NCBI GenBank assembly: GCA_965153455.1
Contig: OZ234493.1
Location: 15,738,213-15,802,212 of the forward strand
Direction: 5' to 3'
DNA: 64,000 bases
Origin: Sphagnum compactum
Taxonomy: Eukaryota
Shown: piece after piece, positions 22,801 to 34,166 of the stretch
Layout: each line of letters begins with the position of its first letter
How positions within the stretch are numbered: position 1 is the stretch's first letter
The notes under the pieces: generated by a model
What the model saw: the letters and a program-made list of their open reading frames with translations, nothing else
What the model was told of the DNA's origin: nothing
Databases searched by the model: none
Translations under genes and position numbers: made by a program

Positions 22801-25800
22801 TTAATTAAAATTAAAACTTAATTATAATGTTTAGCTAATTTATTAACTTTTGAAAAAAATTCATCCTTCCTACTTTAAAATCCTCGCTTTTTTTCAAGAA
22901 TTGTTTTCATGGTTTTGGTTCTAGTTTCAAATCTAATAAAATATTACTTCCATGATCCAATTCTTGTGCCGATTCTAATAAAATGAAATCAACTTGGGTT
23001 TGGGTCACAAGAACTTGAACCTAAACCCCCTAATTTTTAAAATTTCCAAATTGGATACCCTCACAACATTGGAATATACCAATTTTGGGCAAGTACCAGG
23101 AAAAAATTATTGGTTTTAATTCCAATGCATAAGAACCAAATTGGAATTGAGATTAGTTGTCATAATCAAAATCAAATTTTTAGATGAATATACATAAATA
23201 ATTATAAAATTAAATAAAATATGTTCTTGACTTCTTTTAATGTGTGGAACCAAAATGAAAAGACATGTTTTTGAAAAAAAAAGATTAAATTAAATAGGTT
23301 AACTAACAATTAACTGTCCGTTCTAATTTGAATAAGTAAAACTTAGAGTAGAACCAAGTTTGATTTTCAAAAACCAAACTTAGAATGTATTTTTTCAAAA
23401 AACTAAACCAAGAACCAAATTCTTGATTCCATTTCTGTGTGAAACTAAAATCAAGATGATCATAATATATGTTTTAGAATCAAAATTGGAAGCAAGATAC
23501 TTTTAATTTATTTCTTAGAACATGAAACAAAGTTTTTCATAAAAGTAAAAAATTAGCAAACAATGGCAATATACCAATGGTGTGAGGTTCTTTGATTTTC
23601 CATAAAACTAGCAATTTTGGGTAATTGAGTTTCAAAATTTAAAGAAATGGGTGGTTTTGATTTTTAAATTTTAGATTTTAAAAAAACTGCTTGATTATGG
23701 GGGTTTGGAAATTTCAATGGGTCGTTTTTTAGGCTAGATTTTTTATAGAAACATAACCAACATATAATAAGGTTCTCAAAGGTTTTCAAAGCCCTTGACC
23801 TAGATGTAGCCCATTAGTAATTAGAGTTGAAAAGGTAGTTTTTTAAGGTGAGTTTTTGGGAGAAACATGATTTGTTACATGAATTAGTTTTGAAGCAAAG
23901 CCCTTAACTAATTACATTTTACTGGTTATTAAATTAGGGAAAGTTGGTTATTTTAATTAGCAATAAAAGTTTAGAATGAACAATGAACTTCCTTTTATTG
24001 AAGTGAAAACCTTTTGAAATCACCCTCTTTCAATGAATCATTCTATAAGGAACAAATACTCTAATTTTTAAAAAAAAATCATAAATCCACATATTACAAT
24101 TCCATCCATGAAGCTTCTATAAAACCATTTAGAGAAATGATATAGTTGAACATATCAAATTGCTAGTTTAAATTGAATTTGAAAGATTTAAAAAATAAAT
24201 ATATGTAAAGATTTTATAGAAAGAAAAAAGTACAATTGTTAGTTATTAAGCTATATATTTTCAAATAAAATTCTAAGGTGCATGGCTCAATTGGCCTCTA
24301 CCAAATTAGTTTGGTAGATAATGAAAAACATTCACAGCTTTAAACTAGATAAAAATTCAATATTGATTTTACCACATATTTCAACATACAAAGGAAAAAT
24401 TTGTTGTAGGATAAAAACAACATCAATTGCAAAAAGAAAAACATTGAACTATAGAAAATAATCAACTTCTGCAAATGAAAAGTGATATTATAAAAATATA
24501 TATCACAAATTTTTTATCCTCTTTAGTTTGTAATTAATTCTTAGAGTCAGAGAAAGAGAAAACATCAATTCATGTTGTTTCAAATATTCTCCGAATGGTG
24601 GTGCTTGCCTTTTCAAAAAATTATCAAAGGAGTTCGGTAAGGGCGTTGCCAACCACAAATGCCAATCTTGTTACTAATTCGTTTAAAAGTCATTGTCCTA
24701 TAACTATTAGGATATGTTGAATAATGCTTTTCTTAAAGTTGTCAATTCAATATGCCAATGGCTATTAAAGGCACAAAACTCAAATTTTAAGAATTGTCTT
24801 TGTAATTTAATGGCTTCTACTTTAGAAGCAGAGAATAGAGAGCCATGAAGAGGTAGTAATAAGGAATTGGGGTAAAAGAGTAAAGAATGGAAGTGGTGAT
24901 TTGAAATGGCAAACCAACATGCACATGTGATAGCTAAAATGAAGCACATAAAAGAAACATGTAGTTGCAAATCACATTTTGAGTTTTTTGAGAAAAAAAA
25001 GAAAAACTAGATAACAAGACACAAAACACATGATGCACAAAAGATGAAAAACAAAATACAACAAAGCATAAAATACATACATTGAATATATTTCACCTTC
25101 ACCTAATGCACTTGCAATATTTGAGTAAAAGCTTATGTAAAAGCATAAAAGGAAGCGTCAATGTACATGGCATTCATTCTTGTTGTTGCAAACTCAAATT
25201 CAAGAGCAAATCCAAGTGCAAATTTGTGGTTGCCAATTACACACACACTCTTTCCATTGCATTTAAAGCTCAAAGTTCAAACTTGAAAACCTCAAAAAAC
25301 CCCTTAAACCTTTTTCTTTTAATTGATGGATTTCAAATGCCATGCAAGTTGGGTTTCATTCAAAGAACCTTAGTTTTCTTTTATGTCAAGATGAAGGTGG
25401 GCTTGAATCTTTCAATTTTCAAATAATCATATCAGAATAACAAAAGGTATGAGGTTTTTGGGATTTATTAAGTTAGAGCCAAGGGTGGGAGTTTGGTTGC
25501 AACTCAAATATGCACACAACATTGAAATATATTAGTGTTGTTCAATTTTTGCTTTTAAAAGGAACCTTTTGCCCTAATTTTAACTGTTTTTTGTTTTTGA
25601 TGCAAATTTTATTCCAATCTTGAGATTGGTTCTTTAGATTTAAAAAGTCTTTAGGTCCAATAATTTGCACAAAGAACTAAAACTATTTTGGTTTAAGACA
25701 AGGTCTAGTTCTATCTCCATTAAACACAATTAAATAACAATAACAATAAAGTAATTAGTTTGTTCAACTAGTGCACACACTCAAAAACTAAAGGTTATGT

Positions 25801-27769
25801 AGTATTAATTACGTACAATCAATCAAATGCAATAACATGTCTAAAATGTGAGGTCAAGTTTTTACTTTTCTGCAATAAAATTGTACTAATGTCCCTAGAG
25901 AACGTAAACCTTTTTAAAACAACCACTATTACAAAATGTGAATGCAGTTCACTACATCCCCACTAGATTTTGAATGCATTCACCTTCAATTTAAAAAACT
26001 TAGAACCTAATTGTTACCCATATTTTATTTGTAATAGATGACAAAACTTGACAAGTGACAAGTCAATAGGTGGATTAGCAAAACATGTGGTTGACATAAG
26101 AGATACTTGTTAACAAGAAGTAGTTTTTGAAAATTTTGGACTATTATTATTTATACCAGCTAGTTATTATTTAAATGGTCTAATCAAGCTATTTATTTTG
26201 AAATTTACATATATATAAATGGGACAACAAGAAGAGGAAAAGAAAACTTCTATTTTGTTTTTGTTTTTTAAAAAAGTTGAATGCAAAACTTCTACATTTT
26301 AGACTTGCATTCTATTTGTGCAACTTGTGAATATATATATATTTAAAACTTTGATTCATATTAAGAATTTGATTTTTTGTTGTTGCATGTACATGTTGTT
26401 GTTGTAGATTAGAAACTGTTCTAGAAATATAAATTACAAAGAACTTTGATGGGAATCACCAAAAATCCCATTAACACTCACTTCAACTTGTTGAAATTCA
26501 AAAATCTTTTAACACTAGAATATACCAATGTTGGGTGGGTATTAAAAATTTGTTGGGTTTCAAGCTAGTTTTCAATTAGGTTTTCAACTTGAAACTCAAC
26601 TATTCTCATTTGGAATGACACTTGGCACTTTGAAAACCCACCAAGTTTGGTGCCAATCTCAATAATATAAAAATTCAGTGAATAAGGAACATCTTTCTAT
26701 TTTTACAATTTCTAAGTAATACATCAATATCCAACCACAACTCTTTGGAAAGGTGAACCCCATGGTTTATTTGTTTCAAACTTTCGGCCACCCACATAAA
26801 TAACTTCTACCAAGAAATGTAGCAAATGAGTAAGGTAAGAAGGTTAGTGTCCGAAAAGAGGCTAGTGTCCGAAGACCCTTACCAAGTAGATGAACCCCCC
26901 ATTGGCATACTCCCATTTCATGACCACCATTTAGCAAGGGACCTATCACCAAATGTTCGGTCTTGAGGTTTTGTGTTTGGAAATTATGGCTTTAGTGTTT
27001 GGTGGTGGGTGTGAATTACAACCCAAATAAAATATTGTTGTCCTACCTTGCATGTGTTATGTTTGGTCATGGGTGTTAACTAACACTCTTTAATGCACAC
27101 AATTGAAGGGTAGAGGGGCAAGTTGGAAGGAATGGAGTTTTGGGTGTTTGATTATGGGATGTTTTTGGACCATTTTAAAAAATTGTTCAAAAAAGAGCAC
27201 AAGTGTTTTGATCATAGGAATTTTTTTGGCCAATTCAAGAATGGCAACGTTTGGTTATAAGGTGATTTTGGTCCAAATTTGAAGAAAGTTTGAAGGTAAG
27301 GGCCAAGGCACCATGTGATTATAAGGGACTTTTAGTTTAGTATTTAAAAAGTGGTGGGAAAAAAAAAGCTCAGCATTTGGCTTGGGCAACCTTGTTCAAA
27401 ACACAACATCAACACATAATGTATAATTTGGTTATGGGGGATGGTGTGTCACATTTAAAGGCATGCAACAATCCATTAATGTGCAAAAACCTTTCAACAT
27501 TCCAATGCACATAGATGCCAGTAGTTATTAAACCTAGAAGCAAGTAATCTTTAAAAAAATGGCCTTTGGATCTCACATCATCAACTGCAAAATTACTCAT
27601 CATTGTAAAAATAGTTGGACCATCAACCACTAAATATAACCATGTGGAGCAAAAGCATTGGTACTATGTTGAAATGCCTCATAGCCCTTGTTTGATAGAT
27701 GATGTTAAAATATCACAACTACTAATCAATCTAGCTAATCCAAGTCCTAATTTAAAGGAAGAAATTTAG

Positions 27770-28230
27770 AGCTCACCAAATCTAACTTAGAAGTCAATGA
27801 GGTTTTATAACCTTTTTTCCTTGCCACATTTACTTGCAAGACAAACAACTAGGAGAGAGCCATTAGTATATTATTCACAATTTCACATTGTCGTTTCAGT
27901 TGAATATTTAACTATCCTATAGCAAAAAGCATTAGATAGGGCAGTAACATATAATATCAAAGAAGAAAGGTGAAAGGAATGAGAGGAAAAGCACGCTAGG
28001 AAAACAACAGAAGTTGTGGTTGCATCAATATGAGCAACACAAAGATCAGTTGAAAAACATATTAAGGTACAATTTGATTCAGTTTAGTCTGCGACAACTA
28101 TAAGGAAGTAAGTGAACAATTACAATAGAAGATTCATGCTAACTTGCTTGCAAACCCATATGGAACTATAAACGTCAAGAACACATGTGCAATGGCTTGG
28201 CCAAATGCTAAAAAGGCTAAAGAGGCTAAA
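27770..28230 (+). pseudogene. Degenerate C-terminal fragment of the pogo/DDE_1 element family also found at 44297-46290
   Basis: Translates with stops to LPHLLARQTTRREPLVYYSQFHIVVSVEYL, which aligns with LPHLHARRTNGRKPLMDYFQSHVVTSKEYL (ORF 44693-45022). Confidence 0.6.
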
Positions 28231-29767
28231 GAGGCTAGGAGTGGGCAAGATGTAGAATGCGAATACACAGGCATGTTGTAGTGAGGTTCAACTTGTTGAA
28301 CTAAATCTAAATGGAAAGGGGCGAAAGGGGGGGGGGGGGGCTTGATTTAGCAACAACAAGAGGGCCAAATGAAGATTAATCTTGAAGGAACAGTAGCATC
28401 AGAAGGGCGAGAAGCAGTGGATAACCTTGAAAAGTAACATCAAGAACGCAAGCTTGGAGAATATTAAGAACGTGAGCTTGGAAAAGCAGCAAGAACATGA
28501 GCAACAAGAACATGACCAAGAAGATGAGCAAATGAAACTCACACACAATTGTTCAAAAAGAAAGGAGCAATAGTAAGGCAAACAAGAATTCAAAAAGGCT
28601 CGTGCAACTCAAGCACGATGATCACCTTCTAAAAGAAAGAGAAAAATGAATAATTTTTTTCATAGATTGAGTGTAGGAGCAAGATGATGATTTAAACATA
28701 ACGAGGGTTCACGCCCATAGACATCGAGCCACCTCATGTGCGTGCAATTTGGTAGCGTTTGTTGAACTCATGATCGCCCATACCCATTGATCTTGTAACC
28801 CTAGTTTTGGTTAAATCTTGGCCACACATGCTAATGTGAACATTTTTATGAGGAAATTTGTTTGGCTACTTTTAATTTTCATGTCTTTGATGGGGTAAGT
28901 GGTGTCCATCCATCTGTGCTTGGGTGACTAGTTACCAACGTCCATGTGTTTCTAGATTTTCCAATTCGCCCTTTTTATCCCCTTACTTTTGGGGGCCACA
29001 ACTTATTCATACTTGCTTTGTTTTTGGTGATCTTTGGTGTGTTAGATGCGCCAACAGAAGGGCGGCCACATCTCTTTGGACACCATCAACAGCAGAACCC
29101 TCCCAAAACCCTCCCCTGGGATTTGGCCTCCTCTGAGCCACTAAGTGTTCATACACTGGCCTCCTTACCCTGGTAGGGAGAGACCAAGTAACCACATCAA
29201 ATGTATGCTCAATTGGAACTCCCAATGAGGGGAGTGGCAATAGCTAATTTGTTAGTTGGAAAGGAGCTCCTAGTTTGGTCACCAACCAGCTAAACTTTCC
29301 AACATGAGAAAGCTGGAACTTTTGCAATGGGGGTCACCGTTTGGGGTGCACAATTGAGGTTGCAGAAGGTTGTTGTCAAACATGGATGTCTAACAATGGG
29401 TGTTGGATGTCTCAGTAGTCTTTTTTTTCTTGCTAAAGTTTGCTAGATGGTGAGTTTTTTTTATAATATAAAAGAAAGAGTTAAAAAAATAATCGTACTC
29501 CACAAATTCCCCAAACAAAACAATACCACCTGATTCTATGTCAAGTTCCAGTAGATAGTAAACAATATTTTACTTTCATATTTTTGTTCATAGTTAGATT
29601 TGGCTAAATTGTCTTATGGACGATGGCTAGTGATTCCTCTAAGTGAGAATTAAATAGACTTCCGGACACAGCAATTTCAACTAAGGCCGAAGAACATCTT
29701 GTCGTGACGTGTAGTGTCGTGACGTATAGTGTCGTAAGGATGTAAATATGAGGCCATGTACGGGCAT

Positions 29768-30143
29768 GACAATCTCCAGGGGTGCTCAGTATGTGACCCT
29801 GCGAAAATATTTTTCACATCCAAGTTTAATTATGTACTCTTTTGCAACCTCACCCATAAAACTGAAACCGGGACAGCAAATAGGTGGGGGACTACTAATA
29901 GCAAACCACCTGGACCAATCATTATGATGAGCCAATCAGAAACACTGAGCAGCAGTTAGATCATATTTATTACACTCTTTTCTGCAGTTGCACAGCATTG
30001 CTGGGCCAATTACCAGCCACGGGAACATGAGCAATGATGCCAAGCCTAAACCATTTTCTTGAGCCAAAAACCGGCATATATTGGATTTTCTTCATCCAAT
30101 TTTACTGTGCAGGAGCACTTACCGAGCGCTATTGGAGATGCTC
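29768..30143. mobile_element. Second, inverted copy of the Harbinger-like MITE at 709-1092
   Basis: Colinear with the reverse complement of 709-1092 (GTGCTCAGTATGTGACCCTGC...GGGGACTACTAATAGCAAACCACCTGGACCAATCATTATGAT). Ends GGAGATGCTC followed by TAA. The left terminus is degraded. Confidence 0.8.
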
Positions 30144-31469
30144 TAAATAGATCACCTACTTATGAACATTGTTACATTGAGGTGGGAGAGTAGTAGCCAC
30201 AACAAATGTGTGCCTTGATTGGAACCATCACTGAGGGAGTTGTACAATTGCAGCTCCAGCTAATTTGGTTAGATTAAGAGCCGGCTGCTGGTTCGGTCAC
30301 CGACCAACTAAACTTTCCAACATAAGAAAGCTGGAAGTTGGAAACTTGCTATAAGTTAGAAACACACAAAGCTGTCAGTGAACTTTGAATTCTGCCCTAA
30401 AATCGCTTCCCATAACCATTCCAATACGCTTATGAATTGGGGGTGACTGCAGCAGCTCTTAGTTTAATAAGGTTATTTTAAAAGTGGTTTATGATTGTAG
30501 TCCAACCCATTTCTAATATTTTCAAATCCTGTGCATTCCATGGCTTATTATGGGCACATGTGGCCTTGGTTTTAGGATTCTCTGTTTGATCACATTAAAG
30601 GAAATTTAGTACAGAATTTGAGGTGCTACACCCACCATCCATACTAGAGGCCCCTGACAAGACAATGTATCCCTATCATAATTGTGTACAAAATCATATG
30701 TGATTTATAAAAAAATATCAGCTTCAATGTGGGTTGGGTTTTAAATCCTCTTGTCTTTAAGGGAAAAATGAGTGTTAAAAACAATTAAAAATAAAAGAAA
30801 AGTCTGATTCCTCAACATGCTTATTATGAGAGTTGGAGGATGCCTCCACCTTAATTTCTAAATACGAAGCTAATCTGTGGTCAGCACTTGTTTGTCTAAG
30901 CGAGAATTAGGAAGACTTTTGTTCTGGCACACTAATATACTCTTTGGTCACTCTCGAGGAAATTCAGATCCTAGTTAACAAACTTGGCAAAATTGTGAAT
31001 AGTCAATACCAGAGTTGAAATACAGGTGGATGTGTACGGCCAGAGTAAATCAGCACTAGTACTAGTAGTGCACCATGAAGGATGGATGGATGGATAGATA
31101 AGTGGTGAGGAAACAGTTTTCTGTTGAGTTTCAGTTCCCTAGCTAACCAATGGTGGTTAGCTAAGTTGCATTTTGTTGCTACCTACATACGAACACCACA
31201 CCTACAGGTTGTTAGTAGGTATGTGATAAAAACAGCCTATTACATACAGTAAAGGACGTCGGGATGAAAAATGAAGCTTCCCCTGAATTTGTCTCGTCGT
31301 CCCTCTGTCCATTCGTCTGGTCGTCCATGCGAATCGACGCCCTGGAAGCTCCGAGGTTGCCGGCTGCACACCATCCCTCTACTGAGTCTGACGCTATAAC
31401 TTTCTGCCCACCAAGAATGGGAAGGAAAACCATCTACTACGTATTTTTCCTACCTATCTATACAGAATG

Positions 31470-31504
31470 ATACCTTTCTCGGCCTTTTGGCTAAGATCAA
31501 GTGT
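31470..31504 (+). pseudogene. U2: 3'-truncated U2 snRNA retro-pseudogene (U2 nt 1-35)
   Basis: ATACCTTTCTCGGCCTTTTGGCTAAGATCAAGTGT matches the 5' end of plant U2 snRNA. Homology stops within the branch-point recognition region. Flanked by the direct repeat TCTATACAGAATG (31457-31469) / TCTATAAAGAATG (31505-31517). Confidence 0.9.
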
Positions 31505-33570
31505 TCTATAAAGAATGAAGGTGAAACCAGCTATTAACTCAGTTGTGAGTCATCCACATCTGAGACATAAACAAACATCCAGTGGATGGACGGTGAACTC
31601 GGAGGTATGGGTTCACTCTGACCGATGTGTGTACTATTATTCCCTTCCATTTTAGTTAACTCAGAACTATCTTCGAGGTCGGTCACACTCCAGGAAAGCA
31701 CTTGAAATTGACACAACATTGACATCTAAGCAGACAGAGCTTGTTCGCATATTTCAATTTTGACTTCTGACACCCGAACAAAGCAAAGCTTGTTAGGAGG
31801 TATTTAACATCTTTGTGCTTTGAGGTCTGATGCTCAGCTTTGGTCCTCAAGTGTGATCTATACTTAAACACTTGGGTTTTATAGGGACCCAAAACCCTTT
31901 CAGGATCTGTTGGTGCAAAGAAAGATCTGGCCAGAATTAGTTTAGAGTTGTGTGTCAGAATTGCACGCGGCTGCAAAGATGTCAATCATTATTATTGCAG
32001 AAAGATCAGGGGTGAAAAAATAGAAAACGTCAAAACGATAGAGTTGGGTGGGCTTGTTGCGAGTTGCAGAACCATGGATGGATGGACTGACTCCCATCAA
32101 CAGACTAAACTTTGTGACAGAAAGCTATATATGTAGACAGCTAGCTTGATTGCTAGCTTAGCTTTTAATCATCGAGCTCTCAGCCAACAATATATTAATT
32201 CACAAGAAACTTTTTTTAGGATTCCCTGTGCGACCATGAAGAACAACTTGAATTTCCCTTATGCAAACATGAAATGGTTTGTTTGACAATGGAAAAAGGC
32301 TACCCAATTTGGCTGGTTAGAATCATTGCTGAATAGTAAAAATCGAATTAGAACTGGGTCTGATTTTTTGGAATTGGAATTGAAATTGGGTTTAAAACCA
32401 GGTCCGATTCTGGAACAGTAACCAGATTTTTTGATTTTTTTCTTTCCTTTTTGGGGGAGAGAAAGTTCCAGAAGTGAGGGTTAATTGGCAATTAACCAAC
32501 AGTTACAGACCGCCAGTTAACTGCTGGTTAACCCACAGCTCCAGACCAGGTTACCCAAAACTGAACTTGGGGTCTGATTTCCAAAACCCAAAACCAGGAT
32601 TTTCTTTTGTCAAGAATGAAATCCGAGGTTCCCTTTTTTTTTTGAGAAACTGGAACTGGAACCATTCCACAAAAATTTAAAGAACGAGAACAGGAGGTTC
32701 TTTGTAAAAGTCAAGAACCACCCAACACTTGAAAATACAATGATCCCTCTGTTTCACAATGGGAAAACTAGAATAAAATATTGAACCTTGAGAGCTTTCC
32801 CTCTGTTTTGTTAATTCCTAAACTTTAATTTGTCAGATGTTTCCACTCTTTTCCCTACTTACAGGGGAATGCAAAAAAAGTTACTTGTGATTTCAAACAA
32901 ACAAACCAGCTGCTGACACAAAAATTATTAGGTACTGTCACAGGCAGGCACTCATGGGCAAGCGAGATTGTTTAAATTTATCTTTCCCCGTGCACAACAA
33001 AATCACGAAAGATGCAACTAATAAGTTGTAACAGCAGCTTGCTCTCTAATTAAGTTGGCATCTGCAGCTGCTTTTGTCCGGTTGATCTTTATTATATTTT
33101 GGTACCATGCTTAATCTGGGGATGGCGTCTACAGAATTGTGCGGCTTGGTATACTTTACCAAAATCTCGCTGTCTCTCTCTTTTTGTGCTTCTAGCATCA
33201 TCAATCAATACTATTGTGGCTCTAGAATCAGTCGAGATTTGTAACAGCTTAAAATTAGCGCAACCCATCAGCAGCTCTGGGATCTGGGTTGCATTTAATG
33301 CCACTCTCGCTCCATTATAGGGGCAATGGGTTCTTGTTGGTTGCATTATTAAGCGTCTTCTTAGTAGTAGTAGTAGTAAGTACTTAATACATATAACTCC
33401 CAGTTTCCTCTTTGAATGCAACAAACAGTGTTTTGTTTTGAAATTTTTATTAGAATAGCATGGTTTCTGTTTTCATCAAAATCTACTCTCGACGTCATGT
33501 GTCATCATATCATGTGTTGTTTTTGGTTTCCTGCTACATAGATAGCTGTGCTGTGTCATGCGGACTTGTC

Positions 33571-33932
33571 TCTCTGCTCTGTTCAAGGGTCATCCTGTCC
33601 AGTGAACACAGTGAACCAACAAACTCACACCAGACAGTGCACATGGATGAATGGATGGATGAATAGATGGATGAAGGAATGGATGAATAAATTTTGTGAC
33701 CCAGCAGCCACCAGTGCACCATCCATTGATTTTGGTTTCTTGCTGCATGGCTGCTGGATCATGTGGATAGTTAGTTGCCTCTCTGCTGTGTTCAAGGGTC
33801 ATCCTGTTGAGAGGACAGAAGAGTGAACCAGCAGCCACCAGCTGGCCCACTGTGCAAGATGGATGGATGGATGGATGGATGGATAAATGGATGAATTATG
33901 TGACTCAACACCCACCAGTGCACCACTCATTG
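33571..33932 (+). repeat. Two diverged tandem units (~209-bp period), each containing a (GGAT)n tract
   Basis: TCTCTGCT(C/G)TGTTCAAGGGTCATCCTGT ... GTGCA-(GGAT)n ... TGTGAC ... CCACCAGTGCACCA repeated at ~33571 and ~33780. Confidence 0.8.
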
Positions 33933-34028
33933 GAAGCTGATTATGTTTCAGTTGTGGATGAACCATAACAGAGTGGGTAACTCATAATCCTGTAGACCCT
34001 ACCATCCTATCCAGGTAACTACTACTAG

Positions 34029-34164
34029 CTAGTAGAAAAATCTCATTTTTCAACTTGTCTTAGGCGACTAAAAGTGTCTTTTGCAACTATTTTTGATAAA
34101 AAATAGTTGCAAAAGACACTTTTAGTCGCCTAAGACAAGTCGAAAAATGGGGTTTTTCTTCTAG
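34029..34164. repeat. Fold-back inverted repeat / mini-MITE with a 42-bp perfect stem
   Basis: 34053-34094 is the exact reverse complement of 34099-34140 (loop GATA). Imperfect pairing extends to CTAGTAGAAAAA / TTTTTCTTCTAG. Confidence 0.92.
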
Positions 34165-34166
34165 TA

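Noticed and set aside
29701..29735. as-1/ocs-like double TGACG element
   Set aside because: It is a 15-bp tandem repeat, the spacing differs from as-1, and no gene is nearby.
31470..31660. Functional U2 snRNA gene
   Set aside because: Only nt 1-35 match. There is no Sm site, no downstream stem-loops and no recognisable USE promoter.
33805..33830. miR156-like sequence GACAGAAGAGTGA
   Set aside because: The match is partial and there is no complementary star arm nearby.
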